From Candidatus Izemoplasmatales bacterium (GTDB taxonomy: Bacteria; Bacillota_I; Bacilli_A; Izemoplasmatales; Hujiaoplasmataceae), in contig JBFXGX010000002.1 of the NCBI GenBank assembly GCA_050177605.1, forward strand, positions 32,001 to 96,000: DNA of 64,000 bases. The letters run 5' to 3'. Below, in pieces: positions 18,457 through 28,425 of this stretch (within the stretch, counting starts at the first letter, position 1; each line of letters starts with the position of its first letter). The position numbers were made by a program, and so were the translations under genes. The notes under the pieces were generated by a model. That model saw only the letters and a program-made list of their open reading frames with translations, had not been told where the DNA came from and searched no databases.

Positions 18457-19152
18457 ATGGACTGGAGAAAAAACTATACAAAAGCAATTACATTTACCTA
18501 TGATGATGGCGTCATTTACGATCGAAAATTCGTCGAAATACTCAACCGATATGGACTGAGATGTACGTTTAATATTAACACGGGATTCTCTTCATTTGAT
18601 GATCCTTTTTTTGATGAAGGAATTCTTGTTTCTCATCTTGATGTTGAAGAAATGGTATCCTTATTTCAGGGCCATGAAGTAAGTGTTCATACCTTTACTC
18701 ATCCTGATTTAACGACATTAAATGAAAGTGAAATTCTTTATCAAATAAGGCAAGATCAAGAACGAATTAAGCAATATTTTGAAGTTGAAGCTTGTGGGAT
18801 GGCCTACCCATTTGGAACGTATAACGAAAGTGTAAAAAAGGTTGTAAGAGAGAGTGGATTATCCTATGCAAGAACGATTCATTCTACCTATGATTTTCTA
18901 TTTCCGAAGGATCTATATGAATTTCATCCTACGATTCATCACAATGACCCAAGATTATTTGAAATCATTGATGAATTCTTGAATGTAAAGTCATCAGCCC
19001 CACTAGTTCTATCTATTTGGGGACACAGCTACGAATTCGAGGCTCATCAAAATTGGCGTCTTCTTGAAGAAATCTGCCAAAGATTATCAGGACACGAAGA
19101 GGTCTTTTACGGAACGAATAAAGAAGTTCTTTCTCCTTTATTTACTAAATAA
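18457..19152 (+). CDS. Polysaccharide deacetylase family protein (CE4-like)
   Basis: TYDDG, HTFTHP, AYPFG and WGHSYE motifs; GGAGG at 18445 favours ATG 18457; TGnTATAAT at 18425-18433. Confidence 0.85.
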   Translation: MDWRKNYTKAITFTYDDGVIYDRKFVEILNRYGLRCTFNINTGFSSFDDPFFDEGILVSHLDVEEMVSLFQGHEVSVHTFTHPDLTTLNESEILYQIRQDQERIKQYFEVEACGMAYPFGTYNESVKKVVRESGLSYARTIHSTYDFLFPKDLYEFHPTIHHNDPRLFEIIDEFLNVKSSAPLVLSIWGHSYEFEAHQNWRLLEEICQRLSGHEEVFYGTNKEVLSPLFTK

Positions 19153-19217
19153 AAAAAGACAAGTATTTAGAAACAATCAAAATCGGTTTTGCGTTATAAT
19201 GGAAATGGAGTGATATT

Positions 19218-20006
19218 ATGAATGTACATATCTTAGCGAGTGGATCGAAAGGGAATTCGACCATTATCGAGATTGAAAATCAAATCATTATGATTGATGC
19301 GGGAATTTCTTTAAAACAAGTGGGATTAAGACTTGATTTTCACCAAAAGGAACTCACACATTTAGATGGCGTATTTATCACTCATGAACACGCTGATCAT
19401 GTTGGGGGATTAGCTAGTTTATATAAGAAATATCAAATGCCGATTTTTCTTTCGAAAGGAACTTATCGTAATCTTGCTAGAAGTATCGTCGATAAAATTG
19501 ACGAATCAGCTTTTCATTTTGTACAGTTTGAACAATCTATTCCCTTTACAGATTTTGAAGTGATCCCTTTTATGACTTATCATGACGCACTGGAACCTAC
19601 GGGATATAAAGTCATCGAAAAAGAGAAGTCCCTTGTATATATGACCGATACAGGATACTACCCCGAACATGGATTCGATATTTTAAGGAATGCTCATTGT
19701 TATATCATCGAAAGTAATCACGAACCGGATTTATTACTTGATAGCGACAGACCTTGGATATTAAAAAGAAGAATTTTAGATGATAAAGGGCATTTATCCA
19801 ATGAAGATAGTGCATTCTTAATGGTAAATCTCGTAGGCGTTAACACAAAAAAAATTGTGTTAGCTCATCTCTCCGAAGAATGCAATACCGTGGATCATGC
19901 TCTAGATGCATACCATAGAATATTTAAAAAGAATGGACTTTGTACAGAAGATTATCAAATTATCTGTGCCGATCAATACTTAATCACGGAGGAAATTGTT
20001 ATATGA
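19218..20006 (+). CDS. yycJ: MBL-fold metallo-hydrolase (YycJ/WalJ-like)
   Basis: LASGSKGN, THEHADH, HDA, TDTG, ESNH, GHLSN and AHLS motifs. Confidence 0.82.
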   Translation: MNVHILASGSKGNSTIIEIENQIIMIDAGISLKQVGLRLDFHQKELTHLDGVFITHEHADHVGGLASLYKKYQMPIFLSKGTYRNLARSIVDKIDESAFHFVQFEQSIPFTDFEVIPFMTYHDALEPTGYKVIEKEKSLVYMTDTGYYPEHGFDILRNAHCYIIESNHEPDLLLDSDRPWILKRRILDDKGHLSNEDSAFLMVNLVGVNTKKIVLAHLSEECNTVDHALDAYHRIFKKNGLCTEDYQIICADQYLITEEIVI

Positions 20007-20890
20007 GTCATGAATCGATTACCAAAAAAGAAGTCGCTTCTTTTTTGAAAAAGCAAGAAGAACAAGTTCTCATTCGTCATCGTTTAAAAGGCGGAATGTC
20101 CAATTCAAATTATGTCGTCGAAGTTGATGGTTTAAGTTATACCTTTCGAATTCCTGGGAAAAATGCCGAAAACTTTGTCTCTCGTGAGATTGAACAAAAA
20201 ACACTGGACTTAATTCATCCGCTTCATATTGATGGGAATCTATTATTATCGATGGATTTAGCGACAGGATATAAAATATCTAAGTTTGTGCCTGGAACGC
20301 CCTTAGTAGAGTTGAATCCTGCAGATTACTATCAAGAAGCTGCAACATTACTTCAAAAACTACATCGTTCAGGACTCAAAGCTGAGAATGATTATTCACC
20401 CTTTGAAAGATTAGCTCAATATGAACAATTGGTCGTGAAGGAAGGACTTGTGCACGAAGATAGTTACTTTGATATTCTGAATCGTTTCAAGGTGTATCAA
20501 CCATATTTAGAATCTTTACCAAAGGTGATGTGCCATAACGATTCTCAACCCTCTAATTTTATCCATACAGAAAAAGATGGTTTACTCTTAGTCGACTGGG
20601 AGTTTGGCGGCAATAACGACTATTTTTATGATATTGCTTGTTTTGGGAATAACGACTTTAAATATGCGGAAGGATTATTGCCAGTTTATTTAGGAAAAAC
20701 CCCACAAAAAGAGGATTGGAAAAGGCTCTATTTATGGCGAACATTTCAATGTTTACAGTGGCACAATGTTGCGCTTTATAAAGAAGCCACTGGGTTATCT
20801 TTAGAACTGCACCTCGATTTCAAAATGATTGCGGCAAATTACATCACGAAAGCGAACACCTTATTTTCACAAGCTTTACTTTATGAATGA
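20003..20890 (+). CDS. Choline/ethanolamine kinase-family phosphotransferase
   Basis: GGMSNSNY, Brenner-type CHND...N motif and LVDWEF; ATG 20003 after GGAGG. Confidence 0.8.
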   Translation: MSHESITKKEVASFLKKQEEQVLIRHRLKGGMSNSNYVVEVDGLSYTFRIPGKNAENFVSREIEQKTLDLIHPLHIDGNLLLSMDLATGYKISKFVPGTPLVELNPADYYQEAATLLQKLHRSGLKAENDYSPFERLAQYEQLVVKEGLVHEDSYFDILNRFKVYQPYLESLPKVMCHNDSQPSNFIHTEKDGLLLVDWEFGGNNDYFYDIACFGNNDFKYAEGLLPVYLGKTPQKEDWKRLYLWRTFQCLQWHNVALYKEATGLSLELHLDFKMIAANYITKANTLFSQALLYE

Positions 20891-20914
20891 AAGCGTATTT
20901 TTGCATAGATTTCA

Positions 20915-20943
20915 TTGTCTAATAACAGAATTTGATGTATAAT
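20915..20943 (+). promoter_or_regulatory. Sigma-A promoter of nifJ
   Basis: TTGTCT 20915-20920, 17 nt, TATAAT 20938-20943. Confidence 0.65.
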
Positions 20944-20995
20944 AACATAGTGATATTTTAAATAAAAGTATTTAATTTAGGAGGTTGTGTCATCT

Positions 20996-23900
20996 ATGAC
21001 AACAAAAAAAGTGTTTCAATCAATGGATGGAAACCAAGCAGCTGCTTATTGCGCTTATGCCTTTACTGAAGTAGCTGGTATTTACCCAATTACTCCTTCT
21101 ACACCTATGCCTGAGTATACAGACCTTTGGGCATCTCAAGGAAAGAAGAATTTATTTGGAATGCCAGTTAAATTAGTCGAAATGCAATCTGAAGCTGGTG
21201 CGGCTGGTACTGTTCATGGATCCTTAATTTCAGGTGCGTTAACAACAACGTTTACGGCATCTCAAGGGTTATTATTAAAAATCCCTAACATGTATAAAAT
21301 CGCTGGTGAATTACTACCAGGAGTTATTCATGTCGCTGCTCGTTCTTTAGCAGCTCAATCATTATCTATCTTTGGTGACCACCAAGACGTGATGGCCGCA
21401 AGACAAACTGGATTTGCAATGTTAGCTTCTGGTTCAGTTCAAGAAACAATGGACTTAGCTGGGGTTGCTCACTTAGCAGCAATCAAAACATCCATTCCAT
21501 TTATGCATTTCTTTGATGGTTTTAGAACAAGCCATGAAGTGAATAAAGTGGAAGTGATGGATTACAGTGTATTTGATCGTTTACTTGATAGAGATGCAAT
21601 TAAAGCATTCCGTGCAAGAGCATTAAATAGTACACATCCAGTAACGAAGGGTACGGCTCAAAATGATGACGTATACTTCCAAGCAAAAGAAGTTCAAGAA
21701 AAATTCTATGTTCCAGTAGCTGATACTGTAGCTTATTACTTAGATGAAATCTCTAAAGAAACAGGTAGAGATTACAAACCATTTAGTTATTATGGACCAG
21801 AAGATGCAACAGATGTTATCATCGCAATGGGTTCTGTAACTGAAACTATCCGTGAAGTTGTAGATTACAAAACTTCACAAGGAGAAAAAGTTGGTTTAGT
21901 GGCTGTCCATTTATACCGTCCTTTCTCTGAAAAACATTTCTTTAATGTATTACCAAAAACCGTTGAAAGAATCGCTGTTCTTGATAGAACAAAAGAAGCA
22001 GGTTCTGTTGGCGAACCACTATACTTAGACGTAAAAGCTGTATTCTATGGAAAAGAATGGAATCCAGTCATCGTAGGTGGACGTTATGGTTTATCAAGTA
22101 AAGATACAACTCCTGCTCAAATTTTCGCAGTATATAACAATTTAGTTGGTGAACAAAAAGATCGTTTCACGATTGGTATTGTGGATGATGTTATGAACAC
22201 TAGCTTACCAGTAGAAGAAGCACCAGATGTAACAGATCCAGCAACCACAGAATTATTATTCTTCGGTCTTGGTGGAGACGGTACAGTAGGTTCTGTTAAA
22301 AATATTTCTAAGATTATTGGAGATTACACAGACCTCTATGGACAAGCTTATGCTTCTTATGATTCAAAAAAATCTGGTGGGGTTACAAGACTTCACTTAC
22401 GTTTTGGTAAAAACCCAATTCGTTCAACTTATTTAGTAAATAATCCTCATTTCATTTCTTGTTCTCAAGAAAGCTATCTTGAAAGATTTGAAATTGTTGG
22501 TGGTATTAGAAGAAAAGGTATTTTCTTATTATCAACTGTCAAATCACCTGATGAAATTGAAGCATTCTTACCAAATGATGTTAAACGTGTTTTAGCTAGA
22601 AAAGAAGCTCGTTTATTCATTATCGATGCTTATAAATTAGCAAAAGAAATCGGAAATGTAAAATTAATTTCTACCATTTTACAATCTGCATTCTTTAAAT
22701 TAAATGAACAAGTAATCCCTTATGAAAAAGCACAAGATGCAATGAAATCATTCGCGAAGAAATCATTCTCTCGTAAAGGTGAAGAAATTGTTGAAATGAA
22801 CTATCAAGCCATTGATAGAGGTGCTGATGGATTAGTTGAAGTTAAAGTAAAACCTGAATGGGCGAACTTAGATGTTGTTGAAACTGATGCACCAAATCGT
22901 CCAGCATTCGTTAAAAATATTGCGGACAAAGTCAACTCTATCGAAGGAGATACATTACCTGTATCTGCATTCTTAGATTATGCGGATGGTCATATTCCTA
23001 ATGGTACAAGTGCATTTGAAAAACGTGGTGTTGCGGAAGAAGTTTCTTCTTGGTTAAGTGACAACTGTATTCAATGTAACCAATGTGCTTACGCATGTCC
23101 TCATGCTGCTATCCGTCCAATCTTAGCTACGGCTGAAGAAGCTGCTGCAGCTCCAGAAGGAACGGTATGGAAAGACGCTGTTGGAAAAGGTCTTGAAGGG
23201 TTAAAATATCGTATTCAAGTATCTATCCTTGATTGTACAGGATGTACAGTGTGCGTTAACACTTGTCCAGCAAAAACAAAAGCATTACAAATGAGTCCTA
23301 TCCAAACTGAAATCGAAGACAAACAACATGTTAAAGCTGAATACTTATACAATGAAGTCACTTCAAAAGCTAGTTTAGTAGGAAAAAATACATACAAAAA
23401 CGTTCAATTTGAAAAACCATTATTTGAATTCAGTGGAGCTTGTGCTGGTTGTGGAGAAACTCCTTATATCAAATTTGCGACACAATTATTTGGTGAAAGA
23501 ATGGTTATTGCAAATGCTACTGGTTGTTCATCAATTTATGGTGCTTCCTTCCCTGCAAGTCCTTATACGACTAACAAAGAAGGTAGAGGACCAGCTTGGG
23601 CAAACTCATTATTCGAAGACAATGCAGAATTTGGATTCGGTATGGCAATTGCACAAGAAACTTTAAGAGATCGTATTCAAAATACTGTTTTCGCTAAAGA
23701 AGCAGAATTTAAGAATGCTGAACTTGTTGCTTTACTAAAAGAATGGGCTGAATATCGTCAAGACGGTGAAAAAACACTTGAACTTTCGAAGAAAATTCTT
23801 CCATTACTTGAAAGTGACGGAAGTGCAGCAAGTAAAGATATCTTAGAATTAAAAGATTACCTTGTTAAACAATCGAACTGGATTATCGGTGGAGATGGTT

Positions 23901-24541
23901 GGGCATACGATATTGGTTACGGCGGGTTAGACCACGTAATTTCCAATAATGAAGACGTCAACATTTTAGTACTTGATACTGAAGTATATTCCAATACTGG
24001 TGGACAATCTTCAAAATCTGCTCGTGCAGGATCTATCGCTAAATTTACTGCTTCTGGAAAACCTGGAAAGAAGAAAGATTTAGGATCCATCGCGATGACT
24101 TACGAAAGCGTTTATGTTGCAGCTATTTCTCATGGAGCGAATGCTACACAACTTCTTAAAGCAATGAAAGAAGCTGAAAGTTACCCAGGACCATCCTTAA
24201 TCATCGCTTATAGCCCATGTATCGCACATGGTATCAATGGTGGTTTAGGAAATTCACATCAAGAAGCAAAACTTGCAACAGAATGTGGATACTGGCCAAT
24301 ATTTAGATACGATCCACGTTTAATTGAAGAAGGCAAAAATCCATTCCAATTAGATTCAAGAGAACCTCAATGGGAAAAATATCATGACTTCTTATTAAAT
24401 GAAAATCGTTATCAACAATTAGTTCATGAAAATCCTGAAGCAGCAAAAGTATTGTTAGACAAAAACCTTAAAGACTCTAAACGTCGTTGGGCAATGTACA
24501 AACGTTACGCAGCTATGGATTACTCAACAGTGATTGAATAA
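20996..24541 (+). CDS. nifJ: Pyruvate:ferredoxin (flavodoxin) oxidoreductase
   Basis: YPITPS, MQSEAGAAG, two ferredoxin Cys motifs (CIQCNQC, CTGCTVC), FSGACAGCGE and TPP motif GGDGW. ATG 20996 after AGGAGG. Confidence 0.97.
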   Translation: MTTKKVFQSMDGNQAAAYCAYAFTEVAGIYPITPSTPMPEYTDLWASQGKKNLFGMPVKLVEMQSEAGAAGTVHGSLISGALTTTFTASQGLLLKIPNMYKIAGELLPGVIHVAARSLAAQSLSIFGDHQDVMAARQTGFAMLASGSVQETMDLAGVAHLAAIKTSIPFMHFFDGFRTSHEVNKVEVMDYSVFDRLLDRDAIKAFRARALNSTHPVTKGTAQNDDVYFQAKEVQEKFYVPVADTVAYYLDEISKETGRDYKPFSYYGPEDATDVIIAMGSVTETIREVVDYKTSQGEKVGLVAVHLYRPFSEKHFFNVLPKTVERIAVLDRTKEAGSVGEPLYLDVKAVFYGKEWNPVIVGGRYGLSSKDTTPAQIFAVYNNLVGEQKDRFTIGIVDDVMNTSLPVEEAPDVTDPATTELLFFGLGGDGTVGSVKNISKIIGDYTDLYGQAYASYDSKKSGGVTRLHLRFGKNPIRSTYLVNNPHFISCSQESYLERFEIVGGIRRKGIFLLSTVKSPDEIEAFLPNDVKRVLARKEARLFIIDAYKLAKEIGNVKLISTILQSAFFKLNEQVIPYEKAQDAMKSFAKKSFSRKGEEIVEMNYQAIDRGADGLVEVKVKPEWANLDVVETDAPNRPAFVKNIADKVNSIEGDTLPVSAFLDYADGHIPNGTSAFEKRGVAEEVSSWLSDNCIQCNQCAYACPHAAIRPILATAEEAAAAPEGTVWKDAVGKGLEGLKYRIQVSILDCTGCTVCVNTCPAKTKALQMSPIQTEIEDKQHVKAEYLYNEVTSKASLVGKNTYKNVQFEKPLFEFSGACAGCGETPYIKFATQLFGERMVIANATGCSSIYGASFPASPYTTNKEGRGPAWANSLFEDNAEFGFGMAIAQETLRDRIQNTVFAKEAEFKNAELVALLKEWAEYRQDGEKTLELSKKILPLLESDGSAASKDILELKDYLVKQSNWIIGGDGWAYDIGYGGLDHVISNNEDVNILVLDTEVYSNTGGQSSKSARAGSIAKFTASGKPGKKKDLGSIAMTYESVYVAAISHGANATQLLKAMKEAESYPGPSLIIAYSPCIAHGINGGLGNSHQEAKLATECGYWPIFRYDPRLIEEGKNPFQLDSREPQWEKYHDFLLNENRYQQLVHENPEAAKVLLDKNLKDSKRRWAMYKRYAAMDYSTVIE

Positions 24542-24552
24542 TTTTTAAAACT

Positions 24553-24579
24553 AACGGCCTCCACTTGAGGCCGTTTTTT
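24553..24579 (+). terminator. Intrinsic terminator after nifJ
   Basis: AACGGCCTC/GAGGCCGTT stem followed by T-tract. Confidence 0.85.
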
Positions 24580-24719
24580 CTTTTTTAAGAAATATCACAG
24601 AAAACCCACGAATCTTTGCTAGACTGGTTACGCAAATTCTTTAAAAAAATGTTTTTAAAACAAACGAATTTGTTATATAATAGAATAAAGTGTCGATTAG
24701 AAAAAAGGAGTTTGAGACA

Positions 24720-27335
24720 ATGAAGTTTATGACAAAAAAAGCGCTAGTCCTCGTGCTAGGATTACTTGTATCTTTTTCCCTTGTAGGATGTAAAGATACC
24801 GCAACAACAACAACGACCACCGCTGCATTTACAGGTGCTACACCAGTGCTGACAAATCCAGATGAAGTATTTTACGATGGTGGATCGTACCTTATAACTT
24901 ATGGAGACGTTTATGAGGAATTTAAAATCAATGATGGTATTAACCGATTACTTTTCATGGTTGATAGTGTCCTTTTATCCGACTATATTGCAAGTGTAAC
25001 TGATGAACAAATCGCAGCGAAGATTTTGTATCTTACCTATGGAACAAATAATAGTGAAGAAATCGCTCTCTTAACGGATCAAGAAAAACAAGACTACCAA
25101 GATACATTCGCTGAAAACATGAATTTACTTGGATATGCTGATAATCAAGACGAGTATGTTCGCCTTGTTTGTGCAAAAGAAGCATATGCAGTAGAACAAA
25201 TGTATAATGAGGCTAATGCTTCAGAAGACTGGTATGCAGGACCAGAAGGGGTTGCTTCATACTACCAAGACACTTATTTCGAAGATTATTCAGCAATAAA
25301 AATTCGTTTTTATAATGAAACGGATGCCAAAAATGTCTTAAAAGCATTTAACTTAGTTAGTTATAATGGAACATTAAGATTATATACAGGTGTTACACCA
25401 ATCGATCAAGTTCCAAGTTCAAGCTTTAATGATACAAATACACAAGTTTTAACCAATGAAGAAATCTTAAGTTACTTTATTCAAATGTATAACTATGTTT
25501 ATTCATATAAAGCAGATTTAGCAACGGATGCAACGTTTGCGGAACTTGTAGCAAATACAGATTTGACTCAAAACTATGAAACATTAAATGGTAACTCAAC
25601 CGCTTTAGCAACTTATATGTTTTCAACGCTTGGAAGTTATGATACTTATACAGCTGGAACAAGTACTAAAATTTATTATACTTATACCCCTGTTAAATAT
25701 TATGGTGCCAGTGATACAGCATATTATATGATCCTCAATTTAGATCGTAGTACGAAAGCAGATGTTACAGATTTTAGTGGAGATGAAGCTGCTCTAGTGG
25801 CTTTAATTGGTCAATCTACGTACGATACAATTGAGTCTACAATTCAAGAAACCAATGTGACTACAACTGGCTATACTGCAAATCGTATTTCTGAATTACG
25901 TGCTGCCAATGATTTAGTCATCTACGATTATTATTTAGGCATCGATTATCAATCGATTGATGCATCCTATGTACTCAATGAAGAAGGCGATGATGCTATC
26001 GTTGCTTCCTTCGCAGACACAACAATTACGGCAGATCAATTATTTATCAGTGCAATGGCAACCAATGGTGGAATTTACGCATTATATGCCGCTCAAATGA
26101 TTGTAGCAATGGATCAATACTTCGCACAGGTTTATTGTGAAGAAGATCAAGTGAATTGTTCCTATAATTTAGATGAGAATACGAGTGCTAAACTTGCAGC
26201 GGATAAAGCTTCACTTGAAGAATTGCGTGCTAGTTTTGAAGCAAGTTATTATGTTTATTACTATACATTTGAAGAATATATGTATTTAGCATATGGCGCA
26301 AAAACTGAAACTGAAATGTTGTTAAAATATTATGTAAAATCAACATTACAACCTTATTTAGTTTATGATGAAATAAAGAAGAATGATTGGGAGTTATTAA
26401 CGGGTTATTTATATAATTTAATTCAAGATTATTATGATAATTATTTCAGCTTAAATGTTCAACACCTTCTCATTTATGTCGATCATAATGAAGATGGTAC
26501 CCAAGATAATTATGCAGATTTCGTTGCTGGACTTGATGACCAAGCTCAGTATGATCAATTGCTTTCTGATTTTGTCAGTGCAATACGTACTTATTTAGGG
26601 GCATCAACGACTAATACATTTGCGACGTTAATTGATACTTACAATAAAGCAAAAAGAACGGACCCAATTTGGGGACAATTTAAAAATTATGGCTTCTATT
26701 TAATGACTGAAAACTTGTCTTCGACAGCGTCTCTTACTTATTTAACAACAGTAGATACATACGAAACTCCTTTTGTTGAAGGATTAGTAGCGACTTACGA
26801 ACAATATAATGAAGCAGCAAATATCGATAAAGCTTCTATTTATTATGATAATACAGTTGAAACGAGTTATGGAGTTCATATCATCTATGCAACCAAAGGC
26901 TCTGATTTTGAAAGACCTACCGCTGCATTTACAATGACCTATGATACTGCTGGGGATCCAAATTATACAGTCGGTATTGAAAATGATTCTGATATGTTAA
27001 GCGTTGAACAATTAAAAATCTATGCAGAATATCGTTTCTATCAAATTATTTATGGAACTGACGCAACTGCAGAAGAAGATTATGGATTTACATTCCCACT
27101 TATCCCTACAAGCGTGATGGATGCGATTGATGCTTATTTCGCAGATTTATATGATTCAATGTATGTTGTTGGATTCTTAAATGTGATTGTTTCAAATAAG
27201 TTACAAGAAGGTACATTTGTCAATGACTATGCAAGCTATTGTTCTTATACTGATGCAGAGTTAAAAGCTAGAATCTCTGATATCGGAGATATCTACTTCA
27301 AACAATTATTTTCAGCTTACGATACAACAAAATAA
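24720..27335 (+). CDS. Large acidic lipoprotein with parvulin/PrsA-like motifs
   Basis: Lipobox LVGC, Thr linker, VQHLLI and VETSYGVHII motifs reminiscent of PpiC-type PPIases. ATG 24720 after AAGGAG. Confidence 0.55.
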   Translation: MKFMTKKALVLVLGLLVSFSLVGCKDTATTTTTTAAFTGATPVLTNPDEVFYDGGSYLITYGDVYEEFKINDGINRLLFMVDSVLLSDYIASVTDEQIAAKILYLTYGTNNSEEIALLTDQEKQDYQDTFAENMNLLGYADNQDEYVRLVCAKEAYAVEQMYNEANASEDWYAGPEGVASYYQDTYFEDYSAIKIRFYNETDAKNVLKAFNLVSYNGTLRLYTGVTPIDQVPSSSFNDTNTQVLTNEEILSYFIQMYNYVYSYKADLATDATFAELVANTDLTQNYETLNGNSTALATYMFSTLGSYDTYTAGTSTKIYYTYTPVKYYGASDTAYYMILNLDRSTKADVTDFSGDEAALVALIGQSTYDTIESTIQETNVTTTGYTANRISELRAANDLVIYDYYLGIDYQSIDASYVLNEEGDDAIVASFADTTITADQLFISAMATNGGIYALYAAQMIVAMDQYFAQVYCEEDQVNCSYNLDENTSAKLAADKASLEELRASFEASYYVYYYTFEEYMYLAYGAKTETEMLLKYYVKSTLQPYLVYDEIKKNDWELLTGYLYNLIQDYYDNYFSLNVQHLLIYVDHNEDGTQDNYADFVAGLDDQAQYDQLLSDFVSAIRTYLGASTTNTFATLIDTYNKAKRTDPIWGQFKNYGFYLMTENLSSTASLTYLTTVDTYETPFVEGLVATYEQYNEAANIDKASIYYDNTVETSYGVHIIYATKGSDFERPTAAFTMTYDTAGDPNYTVGIENDSDMLSVEQLKIYAEYRFYQIIYGTDATAEEDYGFTFPLIPTSVMDAIDAYFADLYDSMYVVGFLNVIVSNKLQEGTFVNDYASYCSYTDAELKARISDIGDIYFKQLFSAYDTTK

Positions 27336-27342
27336 ATAAATT

Positions 27343-27372
27343 GTGCGGGGAGAAATCCCCTCACTTTCATTT
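27343..27372 (+). terminator. Probable terminator hairpin
   Basis: GTGcGGGGA-GAAA-TCCCCtCAC followed by TTTCATTT. Confidence 0.55.
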
Positions 27373-27383
27373 AGAGGTGCGAT

Positions 27384-28271
27384 ATGAATTCAGAATCAAA
27401 GATTATTGTCAGGACAACAATCAAAATTATGGTATTAAATGCTTTCCTTGCGGTGATTAAAATCTTCGCAGGTATTTTCGGAAAGTCGAGTGCCTTGATT
27501 TCTGACTCCGTGAACTCTATCTCAGACATTATGACAAACGTAGTTGTGATGGTGAGCGGAAAGTTTTCACATAAAGGAAGAGATGATGATCATCCCTATG
27601 GCCACGAAAAATATGATGCACTTGTTAGTGTCTTACTTGGTGTAGCTATTTTAATAACCGCATTTGAAATTGGCAAGAGAGCTGTTATTGTGCTCTATGA
27701 TTTTATCCGCTTTGGGACAAATATCGATGAGCCAAAAATCATTGCATTGGTGGTTGCCTTAGCAACGATTGGAATTAAAGAATTTATGTTTCACTTTACA
27801 AAGAGAGCTGCAAAAAAATCCCATTCCTCCTCACTCAATGCACAAGCTTATGATCATCGTAGCGATGAACTAGCAAGCTTTGGAGCATTTGTCGGTATTG
27901 GAGGGTCCATGCTCGGATATCATTTCTTAGAACCGATTGCGTCGCTTTTCATTACATTCTTTGTCGCTCGCGTTGGTTTTAATATCATCAAAGAAGGTAT
28001 TGCACAGGTTGTTGATCAAGCGGCTGATAGTGAAACAATTGAACAAATTAAGTCGATTATCTATTCTCATCAAGAAGTACTCAATATCGACGAGATGCGG
28101 ACAAGACAATTTGGGATGAAATTATACGTAGACTTGGAAATTCAAGTTGATCGAAATTTAACGCTATGTCAGGCACATGAGATTGCTGAGAAGATTCATG
28201 ATCACGTTGAAGAATCGTTTGATAATGTATTACATTGTATGATTCATGTGAACCCAAGTCATAAAATATAG
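27384..28271 (+). CDS. Cation diffusion facilitator family transporter (FieF-like)
   Basis: SALISDSVNSISD, HPYGHEK, DHRSD and C-terminal IHVNP. Confidence 0.9.
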   Translation: MNSESKIIVRTTIKIMVLNAFLAVIKIFAGIFGKSSALISDSVNSISDIMTNVVVMVSGKFSHKGRDDDHPYGHEKYDALVSVLLGVAILITAFEIGKRAVIVLYDFIRFGTNIDEPKIIALVVALATIGIKEFMFHFTKRAAKKSHSSSLNAQAYDHRSDELASFGAFVGIGGSMLGYHFLEPIASLFITFFVARVGFNIIKEGIAQVVDQAADSETIEQIKSIIYSHQEVLNIDEMRTRQFGMKLYVDLEIQVDRNLTLCQAHEIAEKIHDHVEESFDNVLHCMIHVNPSHKI

Positions 28272-28279
28272 TGAAAATG

Positions 28280-28320
28280 ATTGGTAATGTGTAAACAGTA
28301 ACACATTGCCAATTTTTTTT
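28280..28320 (+). terminator. Intrinsic terminator containing an operator-like motif
   Basis: ATTGGTAATGTGT/ACACATTGCCAAT stem plus T-tract; TGTAAACAGTAACA at 28290-28303 spans the loop. Confidence 0.8.
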
Positions 28321-28354
28321 GCTTAAAAAAATGATGTTTTGGTGATTAAATCTA

Positions 28355-28402
28355 TTGAAATCGCTAACATGATTTGATATAATTAATGAGTAAACGGTTA
28401 CG
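28355..28402 (+). promoter_or_regulatory. Sigma-A promoter with cre/LacI-type sites
   Basis: TTGAAA 28355-28360, 17 nt, TGaTATAAT ending 28383; TGAAATCGCTAACA (28356-28369) fits cre consensus TGWAANCGNTNWCA; GTAAACGGTTAC at 28390-28401. Confidence 0.75.
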
Positions 28403-28425
28403 GCCAAAAAAAATAGGAGGAAAAA

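Noticed and set aside
20888..20901. cre-like TGAAAGCGTATTTT upstream of nifJ
   Set aside because: Three mismatches in the right half and it overlaps a stop codon; too weak.
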